Shown here one piece after another: positions 47,882 to 58,799 of a stretch of DNA of 64,000 nucleotides; the first letter of the stretch is position 1, and every line of letters starts with the position of its first letter. The position numbers were made by a program, and so were the translations under genes. The DNA lies in the NCBI GenBank assembly GCA_012295275.1, contig CM022679.1, forward strand, positions 5,332,001-5,396,000, in the 5' to 3' direction. Origin of the DNA: Chrysomallon squamiferum. Lineage: Eukaryota > Animalia > Mollusca. The notes under the pieces were generated by a model. The model did no database searches. It saw nothing but the letters and a program-made list of their open reading frames with translations, and was not told the DNA's origin.

Positions 47882-50615
47882 TTAATGAAAACCTGAAAAG
47901 AGTAAGAATCTAGAATTAGACAAATACATTTTTAAAATTTTGTATATTATTTCCATTACGTGTAAACGCCTCAGCAGAAAACTGGCTACTTCATTTCATT
48001 TTGTTGTAATGTTTAACAGAATGTAGCGAAGGAAAATACACGTTTAAAATGCTGTAATATTAAAAACTTCAATGAAGTATACAAATATCAATACATTTGA
48101 GACAAATTAAAAACATTTACGATAATGTTTTGCGCATTTAACTTGTACTACGTCATTGTTCAATTCGAACGATTTTCAATTTGAGCCTAATTCGATGTAC
48201 GGAATGACTTGAGCACATTATCGAAAAGACCATCAAGACCAATCTACGACTCGGACAAAACCAGAATGTTCTAATTCTGAAAATGTTCAGTTTAATGAAA
48301 ATAATTCTTGATAAGAATTCTACATTTCATTATATTTTTTGGCATTATGTCGGTACATTTATACCACTTTCTATTAAACCGAATTGTGAAATAAAAAGGA
48401 ATTGTAGATGAGAAAACTCGTGTAAATTATGACTACCTGTTTTCTGTACGAGAGCTCGTCTACGAAAGCCGGGTTCTAGTGGCTGTGCTGAGGCAAGCGA
48501 CACTCCACTGTTCAACGCAGGCTGACCGCCGTAAACGGGTGTCGTAATAAAGTCTTTCAAAAACGAGCAAGCTTCGTGCAGCAAGTCGAGGAAAGGCAGA
48601 TGAATATCCTGAAAAATTCAGCGTTTTACGTTTCGTTTTCTCAAGCGACAATAAATCAACAGATTTCCGTGAAATGTTCGTTTTATCCAACAGCGTATTC
48701 ACTTGTTATGTTATAAACTGAAAACTCACCTTGTTCATCTCTTCCAAGTGTTTCGAAATTCTGCAAAGACTTAATGTTCCCTTGACAACAGAATGCTTCA
48801 GTTTCTCAGTTTTCGGCGATTCAGACATTTCATAGCGCTTTGCTGCCACAGAATTGCCCATGGAACCGCCGTGGTTGCCTCCGCCGAACTCGCCTTTCGA
48901 ATTGCCCATGGAACCGCCGTGGTTGCCCCCGCCATTCGAATTGCCCATGGAACCGCCCTGGTTGCCTCCTCCGAATCCGCCATTCGAATTGCCCATGGAA
49001 CCGCCGTGGTTGCCTCCGCCGAATCCGCCATTCGAATTGCCCATGGAACCGCCGTGGTTGCCTCCGCCGAATCCGCCATTCGAATTGCCCATGGAACCGC
49101 CCTGGTTGCCACCGCCATTCGAATTGCCCATGGAACCGCCCTGGTTGCCCCCGCCATTCGAATTGCCCATGGAACCGCCCTGGTTGCCTCCGCCGAATCC
49201 GCCTTTCGAATTGCCCATGGAACCGCCCTGGTTGCCACCGCCATTCGAATTGCCCATGGAACCGCCCTGGTTGCCCCCGCCATTCGAACTGCCCATGGAA
49301 CCGCCCTGGTTGCCTCCTCCGAATCCGCCATTCGAATTGCCCATGGAACCGCCCTGGTTGCCTCCGCCGAATCCGCCATTCGAATTGCCCATGGAACCGC
49401 CCTGGTTGCCACCGCCATTCGAATTGCCCATGGAACCGCCCTGGTTGCCCCCGCCATTCGAACTGCCCATGGAACCGCCCTGGTTGCCTCCTCCGAATCC
49501 GCCATTCGAATTGCCCATGGAACCGCCGTGGTTGCCTCCTCCGAATCCGCCATTCGAATTGCCCATGGAACCGCCGTGGTTGCCTCCGCCGAATCCGCCA
49601 TACGAATTGCCCATGGAACCGCCGTGGTTGCCTCCGCCGAATCCGCCATACGAATTGCCCATGGAACCGCCGTGGTTGCCTCCGCCGAATCCGCCTTTCG
49701 AATTGCCCATGGAACCGCCCTGGTTGCCACCGCCATTCGAATTGCCCATGGAACCGCCCTGGTTGCCCCCGCCATTCGAATTGCCCATGGAACCGCCCTG
49801 GTTGCCTCCTCCGAATCCGCCATTCGAATTGCCCATGGAACCGCCGTGGTTGCCTCCTCCGAATCCGCCATTCGAATTGCCCATGGAACCGCCCTGGTTC
49901 CCTCCGAATCCGCCATTCGAATTGCCCATGGAACCGCCCTGGTTGCCTCCTCCGAATCCGCCATTCGAATTGCCCATGGAACCGCCGTGGTTGCCTCCGC
50001 CGAATCCGCCATACGAATTGCCCATGGAACCGCCGTGGTTGCCTCCGCCGAATCCGCCATACGAATTGCCCATGGAACCGCCGTGGTTGCCTCCGCCGAA
50101 TCCGCCATACGAATTGCCCATGGAACCGCCGTGGTTGCCTCCGCCATTCGAATTGCCCATCGAACCGCCCATGGTGTTGCCGTAGTTGCCGCCCATCGAA
50201 TTACCGTAGTTAGATCCTCCATTAGAACCGACATCGTTAGAATAGTGGCAGACATCCAGCAGAATTTCCATCAAACCCGCATCCAACAGTTGAGAAGCTC
50301 TAGTTCTGCTCACGTTAGAACTGTCTGGAATGGAGGTGTTCAGTTCTGGTGACTGAAAGAAGTCGGTAAAACGAAATACAAATTCAGATACGGATTGCGT
50401 ACATACAGTCGAATAAAATGTTCTAAAAATTAGATGTTTACCTCAACGTTGTTCAAAATTGTTACGCCAGCACAAATTTTCTGGACTCCTTTCTTAATCC
50501 GTTCTTCCAGTCGTCTTCGTCTGCCTCTGCCTCGTCCTGCACCTCTGTGTCTGCGACAGTCCGTCACATGTTGACAGACAACTGCCAACACCATCAGAAT
50601 TATCAACACCTTCAT
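47882..50615 (-). CDS. Secreted family copy A: signal peptide, basic RG patch, helical Cys scaffold and a Gly/Asn/Ser/Met-rich repetitive core
   Basis: Coding exons 50615-50442 (MKVLIILMVLAVVCQHVTDC..RLEERIKKGVQKICAGV), 50352-48730 (1623 nt, LLDAGLMEILLDVC..repeats..KLKHSVVKGTLSLCRISKHLE), 48608-48437 (PFLDLLHEACSFLK). The probable last exon starts at 47892 (GFH*), but this terminal exon is uncertain. Non-coding exon 1 ends at 50813. Confidence 0.85.
48850..50170 (-). repeat. Coding minisatellite: about 29 units of 48 or 39 nt encoding GGSMGNS(N/Y/K)GG(FGG)GN(H/Q)
   Basis: Near-perfect tandem units such as gaattgcccatggaaccgccgtggttgcctccgccgaatccgccattc on the + strand, lying inside exon 3 of copy A. 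Confidence 0.95.
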
Positions 50616-50812
50616 TTCCTGGATTTATAATAAAACCACAGTAATTAGGATTTTTTAAATATCAGCTTGCTTTAAATTAATATGTACATACTTAAGTAAA
50701 TAAATAAAATTAAAATTAAACTGACATGCCTTCAGTTCCATCTTAGCATCTGAAAAGAGGCAAAGAAAATCAAAATCTAACCTATAATTCAGAAATGAAA
50801 AAATAAGTCTAC

Positions 50813-50908
50813 CTTAATCGAGCAAAGCCCCCAAAACAAACAGCAAAGAAAAACGTACATCTTTTTATATGAAGTATGTGGTCACGTGTTAGACATGCAA
50901 TTCACGTG
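50813..50908 (-). promoter_or_regulatory. Copy A promoter: two CACGTG E-boxes, TATAAAA and a short non-coding exon 1
   Basis: CACGTG at 50903-50908 and 50883-50888; TATAAAA (minus strand) at 50863-50869; exon 1 ends at 50813, followed by a GT donor. Confidence 0.7.
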
Positions 50909-50976
50909 CTTTTTGTGTTATTACTGATTTTGATTTATTCATTTACTTGAGTTTCTTTAAAAATGTATCTCTTTTG

Positions 50977-51026
<50 letters not shown>

Positions 51027-52083
51027 GTTTTTTTTTTTTAATTCTAAAATAATTATTTTCTGGGTTTTGTTTAATATTATTTCCTCTTTATATTTTATAT
51101 ACATATATCATTATTGTTGTCGTTATTATTTTGTTGTTTTAATTTTCATTTATGTTCGGATTTTTTTTTCTTTCAAATTTCATTCATTCACTTGCTTGAT
51201 GTTGAGAAAGTAAAGCAGTAAGAAGCTTGCACAGTCTTATAAAATTACATATATAAACACATATTTAAAAAAAAAAAAAAAAAAACTTTGTAAACATTTG
51301 TAAATAAATCAGTCGATAAGAAGCAACCATATACATACATACAAACAGATACAGCCAACAGACAGAGAGAAATTTAATGGGTTTTTCTCTTATCTATTTA
51401 TGATATTTCGGATTGTGCCTGCGCATCTGCATATATATGTGTATATATATATACGTGTGTGTGTATGTACAGACAAACCTAAAGTTGAGGGGAAAATTTT
51501 GTTTCTAAACAATAGAGGACAAAGGCATGGTAATATATTTTATTTGTTTATTTTATATTGTTTTGTTTTGTACACTTAACTGAATGTCTTTCTAAATTGT
51601 TTTTAAATAGCAGATATGTTATTACGGGCGCAGTTTGCTGTATTGCAACTAACGGATCAGGTGTTTTATCGGAATTTTCTCGACAGAAAACGTTTTGGGC
51701 AATTCCGCAATTCCACTGAGCTGCTGTCCTATTTCAAACACCCCGTAACAGCGGTTTGACAAAACAGTTTGAACCAGTTTAGAATTTACACGTGTATTTT
51801 GTTTTTAGAATTGTTAGGCGTCAATATTTTATAATGAAAATAAAGAACAAATGACTTTTTGTAATTTTTATTACTTCACACCAGAGAAAATATTATCATT
51901 TCATGTTGACACCTGGAGTTCTAATACGAAAAGGCAAAATAGTTTAAGAAATGTACATGTGTGTTCATATGAATATAGTTTCCGATCTGTTGTTAAGCCG
52001 TCAATATTGATAATATTTTAACCAATTTGAGAAATAAATTTCAGTTAGAACGTACGTAAACAATCAACATAAATTTTATCGTT

Positions 52084-53682
52084 TTATATATGCAAGTATG
52101 GCAGTTTTACTGAACGATAAACATCTGATCGTTTCATTGGTTTCATCAGCAGTTTTAATACTTTGAAGAGATTAACGTATGGATATTTCAAAGCCTCCAA
52201 TAAATCTTCGCAGACGTCCTTGCACTGGTCTTTGACACTAATGAACAGCTGCGTCTGGGATGACAGATTTTCCTGCAGTAACACGAAGGCTCCACTCTGA
52301 AAATGGTACATTATGAACACATTTTTGAGATCAATATTTTTACATACTGATTCTGAAATACAAAATAGTGTCAAAAACTGAAACTGAATTTCCTTTAAAC
52401 AAATATCTATTAAGACTTCAGATGGTAAATTACGTTTCTTTGCAAAATCGTGTGAATGGCATTTAAAAACTTCAACTTACGTCTTCCATTTCTAAAAGGT
52501 GCTGACACATGTTTGCTATTCTTAACACGATATCTGAAATAAGAAAAAAAATCACTACTGGTATTTAGAAATATAGAATGTACAGTTTCAACACAAACCA
52601 TTCAGTCTAGTGTATGAAATATTTAACCATTTTGTAACTTGCTGATATCCAATATTAAAATATACCAATTTTGATGTTCGGCTACACATACAAACGCACA
52701 TTAATATTAAAAACAATTTCGAGGTTTCCTGCGGATTTCGATATATTATTATTTAAAAGGTGGATCAGATTAAATACCCGATTTTATTTTAGAAGCACCC
52801 TCTGCGTCAGACGTGGGTGGGGGTGTGGTAGATACTGCACGTTCCCTGAGGACAGGTGTGGTTGGTGACACACTACGTGACAGCACAGTTGCCTTATCAT
52901 CAAATGTTTTCAGAAAAGTACAAGCTTCATCCAGGAGTTCGAGGAATGGCTGTTCTAGTTCCTGCAAGAAATTTAAGATATCAAATAAAACTAACAAATT
53001 TGTTTTACAATATCAAACATAATTTCATAAAAGGAAAAAAACAGAAGTAAGAAAATTACCAAATCCATTTTTTCCAGATGTTTAGAAATTCGACAAAGTC
53101 TGGATGTGCCTCTGTCAATGGAATGTTTCAGTTTGTCTGTTTTGGGATATTTTAGCATTTCATTGCGCTTTGCGGCTTCCGAATCATCGTCTTGTCGTCG
53201 TCGTCCTTGTCATGATCATCGTCGGAATCTACGGAGTCGCAGACGTCAAGCAGAATGTCCATCAAACCCGCGTCAAGCGCTTCAGAAGCTCCGTTTCTGT
53301 TCATAGCTCGTTGAACTGGAGACGTGTCTGGATACGATGCATTTTTCGAGTCTTCCGAATTCTGAAACGAAAATATTTTAAATTTGACATTAAATCAACT
53401 ATTCGTTTGTCTACATAAAATCTAGAATCCGTTGTCGCTTGTTAAACCAATTTACTCACTGGAAACCCAATATACAACAAGCTTATACCGATTTGTCATT
53501 TTACTGTTTTAAAAAACTACCTGAACATCGTCCAGTATTTTTACGCCAGTACAAAGTTTCCGGATGCCTTTCTCAATCCGTTCTTCCAGTCGTTCACGTC
53601 TACGTCTTCCACCTCCGTGTCTACGACAATCTGTGAGATGACAGACAACTGCTAACACCATCAGACCTACCAACACCTTCAT
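52084..53682 (-). pseudogene. Secreted family copy B; frameshifted in exon 3 (pseudogene or assembly error)
   Basis: Exons 53682-53521 (MKVLVGLMVLAVVCHLTDC..KLCTGVKIL), 53361-53060 (302 nt, 1 nt short, shift at about 53192), 52961-52778 (PFLELLDEACTFLK), 52533-52481 (DIVLRIANMCQHLL), and from 52296 (SGAFVLL..CKDVCEDL). The exon 6 donor reads ATACGT where copies C and D have GTACGT. Confidence 0.7.
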
Positions 53683-54323
53683 TTTCTGAATATATAAACA
53701 AGGTAACACTATTAAACACTTAGATATTAATTTTCTAAGCAGCAATAATAATAATAAATAATAATTATTATGACAATGAATAATACTAGTAAGATAAAAA
53801 AAATAAAATAAAAAGATAACAAGGAGTGTAGAACTGTAAATCACTGAAGTTAGGACGGACGTCAGTGGCTCAACACACCATATTACGAAACATTTAACAT
53901 TCTGTTTAACAATATTAATATTTCTGTAAACGGTCATTTGATCTTTAACACTGTTTTTGTACGCCACCAACGAGCTACGTGACAGCTGATGGGCAATTCT
54001 TCATCCATTTAAAACAATTACGATTATATGGAAAAAAATTACAAATTACAAAATTGAAATAATCTCCGAAATTAATTACTATGAAAAAAATTGCCCAATA
54101 GAAATGTTAATAATGGTAATGTACAAAGAGTAAAATTCAAAGAATAAAGAAAAAAAGAAGAAAAAACAACATGGGAATCCATTTATCAGATTTGTTTTGT
54201 GTCGGTGTCGTTTCGGTATCGGGTAAATGTATTCCCAGGCTAAGTCAACTAAAATAAACGACAGAAGAAAAACAAAATAGTGTACGAAATTTAAAAGGCA
54301 TTTACGAAAGTAACGAACACTAC

Positions 54324-54408
54324 CTTTGACTCAGCAAAGCCAGTTTCCAAATTAATGCATGCGTTTTTATACAGGTGTTGATCACGTGTTTCGCACACGA
54401 TTCACGTG
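54324..54408 (-). promoter_or_regulatory. Copy B promoter: two CACGTG E-boxes and TATAAAA
   Basis: CACGTG at 54403-54408 and 54383-54388; TATAAAA (minus strand) at 54365-54371; exon 1 ends at 54324. Confidence 0.7.
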
Positions 54409-54524
54409 TTTCTCGTTTTTATTCGGAAAACTTTCTTCGTTTTGTTTTCCGAGATTCAAAAATTAAACTTTTCTTTCATTGTATTTTTTTTTCATTTATT
54501 GTATTAATTTCAATTTTATTCAAA

Positions 54525-54563
<39 letters not shown>

Positions 54564-55850
54564 ATGTGCTATTAATATCTAAAATTGTATAGGTTTTCCT
54601 TATTTTATATCCGCTTTACTTATTTATTAGTTTTATATATATATTTTTTTTTTATTTATACATTGTTTTTCATTTGTTTTATTTTTCTTGTTATTTAGTT
54701 TATTTACTTATTTCATATATTTGTTCATCTGCTTTATTTATGTTTTTTTTTTGTTTTTTTTAAATGTATTTAATTACAACTAATATTCTTATTTATTACT
54801 TATATATTTTATTTCGTTCGTCTGTTAGTGTATTTGTTCAATTTATTCAGTTATTCTTTTTTAATTTTTTTTTTTTAATTATTTCATTTTGTTCCTTTTC
54901 ATTTCATTTATTACTTTTAACTACCAATATTGCTACTACATCTATATTTTATTACTAATTCGTAGTTGTAGCAGAATTAATCGTTTGTAGTTATAGGTGT
55001 AGATGCAATAGTAAAAAGTACATGTGTTTGGTTATAAATGTTTTATATAAATCTGTATTAACGTCAAAGCACACGCGTCGTTTTAAACAGACGGGTTTGC
55101 GATGCAGGACTTACCTGAGTTATTGTTGAAACATTTCAATGGTAATCGAGTTGAGAACGAAGAAATATTTTAAAAGTACACTCTACAAATTCTTAACATT
55201 TAGCGTCTGCAATTGATTAAACATACAAGAAGAAAATCTATTCGTCCACGGGCAATGCATGCAGAATGTCATTTAATGAAAGTAGATTTACAACACCGAT
55301 TAGAATGGTAAATAATCCAAGAGGTTTGTAATATTTATCGATCACCACACTGATTTTATCTTTTAAGTCAAGTACCTGCGGAGTTGTTTTAAATCTTTAG
55401 TAGATTAAACACTTTATTTTATTATACTCTGTTGAAGCATTTATGTAAATATAAGGTTTTGATATCGGTCCATTTGTTAAGTGTTTTTAATCTCGTTTTT
55501 AGATATTAAAGAAAATTCCCCGCCGTTCTACACCCGCCCTTTTCCTAACGCAATAGTTTAGTATTTAGATTAATCAATGTTTGTTCCTTAAAAATTTTAA
55601 AAAAATTAGTTATTCGATTTTTAATCAACATCGTAGTACAAGTCCGTCCGACCAAGTAAATATTAATCTAAATTTCGTACGTCAGCCGAAATAAATGTAC
55701 GTTTCATGTTCAGCTTTGAAGCCGTTTTGGTACTATATGCATTACAGTTAGTAATGTTTACTTAACTAAGCATTTCTAAATACTAAATACACAGCGAAAC
55801 ATTTCCAGACCTGTTCAACGTTTCAGAAAACAAAACGGCTATTTTTTGTT

Positions 55851-57444
55851 TCAATTATTTATTCCACCAGCGAAAATATTTTCATTTTCTCTCCAAGGTT
55901 TTAGATCTGAAATTGAAGAAAAAACATCTCAACGTTAGCATTCAATATATATTTTACGAAATATCGTTGAAAAATAGATTAAAAGTTCCCGTTTTATAAT
56001 TAAACGTACGGACCTTGGGTTTCAATGCACCAGACAGATCTCGACAGAATCCTAACCACCTGTTTTTGATGATGATGAACAGTCTTGGGTTGGTGGGTAG
56101 ATATTTGTGCATTAGCTTCATAGCTCCAATCTGAAAATCAGATTAAGAATTCTTCAATGTCGGAATTTTCAACTAAAATAGTTTAGCATCGCATTTTATA
56201 CAACAAGTATAAACAATGTCGGCTTTCCCAATTACACTAAATTATGGAAAATTTGAACGAGTTTTCAATTTCATGTAAATTCTGTGACAGCGTTACAATT
56301 GTATTTACCTTGTTAATTTTGGAGAGGAGCTGACAAATTTTCGCCATTTGCATTACGATATCTGCAGGGAAAAAAAAAAACATTACAACCGTTAACATAA
56401 AATAGCACACGTAATGGAGTAAAAAAAAAAAACTCGCTGAAAATATATTTACCATATACATACACACATTTTAAAAATAACATTTAAAAACCACCTGGTG
56501 CACTGGGGAAAGCCGATTCAGGAAAACCTTCGGGTTGGGGCGTTGTCGGTACGAAACGTTCTTTAAGGACAGGCGTGGTGGGCGGTACATCAGATGGGGG
56601 TACAGTTGCCTCACTGCTAGGACGAGATTTCCTATCTGCAAAATCTTTCAAAAATGCGCAAGCTTCATCAAGCAAATCGAGGAAAGGGAGATCTAAACCC
56701 TGTAGGAAGGAAATTAAATGAATATAAAAATGCGCGTTCTGTCGAGATGCATTTCAGTAAACTTATTACATTTATACAATAATTACCATATCCATCATTT
56801 CCAAATGTTTCGAAATTCTACAAAGTCTGAATGTGCCTGCGACAACGCGATGTTTCAGTATGTTGATCTTTGGAAATTTTGGCATTCCATCACGCTTTCC
56901 CGCTTCCGACTCGTCCATCGAGTCATCGTCGTCCTCGTCCTTGTCATGATCATCGTCCTCGTGATCATCGTCCTTGTCATGATCGTCGGAATCTACGGAG
57001 TCGCAGACGTCAAGCAGAATATCCATCAAACCCGCGTCAAGCGCTTCAGAAGCTCCGTTTCTGTTCATAGCTCGTTGAACTGGAGACGTGTCTGGATACG
57101 ATGCATTGTTCGATTCTTCAGCATTCTGAAAAGAAACACGGTTCAAATCTAATCCGCTCAGTTTCTAAAACGTCTTCATGAAACGCAATTCAGTGTACTT
57201 TGTTAAAAATCATTTCGGCATATTATTGAAGGAAAAATCCAACTTCAAACTACTAAGCTGTTAAATACATTTGAATGTTTACCTCCAGTTTGTCCAGAAT
57301 TTTCACGCCAGTACAAAGTCTCTCGACTCCTTTCTCAATTCGTTCTTCTAGACGTTCGCGTCTACGTCCACCTCGTCCTCTACGACCCTCCGTCAGATGT
57401 TGACATACACACGCTAACACGATCAGAACTACCAACACCTTCAT
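55851..57444 (-). CDS. Secreted family copy C with an Asp/His-rich acidic insert
   Basis: Exons 57444-57283, 57125-56787 (ALDAGLMDILLDVC-DSVDSDDHDKDDDHEDDDHDKDEDDDD-..RLCRISKHLE), 56699-56495, 56361-56309 (DIVMQMAKICQLL), 56130-56010, and a last exon from 55906 (exact stop uncertain). All are phase-compatible. Confidence 0.85.
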
Positions 57445-57880
57445 TTTCTGTAATAAAAAATGAAAAATACAATACTTTAACCGCTACATTGTAACCTTTC
57501 ACAATGTCATGCACATTATACGTTTAAAAATAGTCGTAATTTGTGAAAGCTAAAATTACATCATCTACCAACGACGTTATGAACAGTTTTGCGATACTTG
57601 CAACTTCAGTAATTTAATAAAAACCATTTAAAGCATATTCGCGTTTGACGAAAGCCGAGGAAAGTTCTGGTAACCATTTCCCCCCCCCCCCCGCCTCGCG
57701 ACCAAGTCTTATTGCCTCCGTTTATCAACTTTAAAAAACGAGCCAAAAATGAATTTAGGAAGCTTAAAATAGCAACCGTATTCAACAGTTTTCATTGAGA
57801 AACAAAACACGAATAGCAATTTAAGACGAATGTATAAATTTAAAAATCAAAAGAAACATATAATAAATATTTGCTGTTAC

Positions 57881-57974
57881 CTTAACTGAGCAATACCCAA
57901 AACAATCTTCAAGGTGGTTTCTATGTCTTTTTATAGAAATTAGATGATCACGTGATAGGCTTGCAATCCACGTG
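57881..57974 (-). promoter_or_regulatory. Copy C promoter: two CACGTG E-boxes and TATAAAA
   Basis: CACGTG at 57969-57974 and 57949-57954; TATAAAA (minus strand) at 57929-57935; exon 1 ends at 57881. Confidence 0.7.
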
Positions 57975-58299
57975 CATTTCGTTTTTTCTTGTTTTATCGT
58001 GATTTTTTACTTTGCCATTTATTGCGACATTTTTTAAAATATATTTATATTATCAAAAAAAAAAATGTCTTTCATAATGTGTTTATATTTTTACCACATT
58101 TGATCGCACGCACACACACACACACACAAAAATAGATATTTTATTGTCACCTTATATTTTATTTGTATTTTAATAATATAAATAGTAGTATTGACACAAT
58201 AATAATCATTACTGTAATAATAGTCTTTGTTATATTAATGTATTTCATTATGGTGTTACTGTTGTCAGTTATGCTACTTTTCTGTAAGAAAACGAAAAG

Positions 58300-58424
58300 C
58301 ACGTGCACTGGTTTTACATGTTTCATGTGAGTGTTTCACTTATAAAAAGAGTCGCTGTAGGATTTAGTTACACATTCTTCATCCTGTCGTTGTGTTTGTC
58401 GTATTCGTCTTGTTCTTGATCGGG
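58300..58424 (+). promoter_or_regulatory. Copy D promoter: CACGTG, CATGTG, TATAAAA and non-coding exon 1
   Basis: CACGTG at 58300, CATGTG at 58324, TATAAAA at 58341, donor G|GTAAGT after 58424. Confidence 0.65.
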
Positions 58425-58799
58425 GTAAGTAGTTAACTGAGCAGTAAGGAAACTGTACATTAAATAAATGAATAAATAAATAAATATTTAATATTTAATA
58501 TGTAGCGTTTATTCCGTTTCAATATCTCTGTCCAAATACTTGATTAAATGTTGAAGATTCATAAAAACTCGTTTTTATTCTCTTTCCGTTTCGGTACAAT
58601 ACAAAATAAAAAAAAAATAAAAAAAAGGACATGTTGTAAAAAATCGCTTTTCTCTAAAGTTTTGTTCTAAAAGCTTATAACGTATCGGCTGTAATCGGAA
58701 TTAAATTTCATAAGGCAAAAAATATTTGAAAACTTGACATTTTAACTTTTTAAATTCGCGTATTACAAACCATAGATAGTTGAGATTTTTTTTCAGAAC

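Noticed and set aside
48850-50170. CRISPR-like regular repeat
   Set aside because: There are no unique spacers and no cas genes, and the repeat lies within a eukaryotic coding exon.
48793-50352. Long alternative-frame ORFs over the repeat (IRIAHGT.., PMEPPWL.., CPWNRR.., AVPWAIRM..)
   Set aside because: They are by-products of a stop-poor repeat whose unit lengths are multiples of 3. Only the Gly-rich minus-strand frame has splice sites and continuity with the conserved family blocks.
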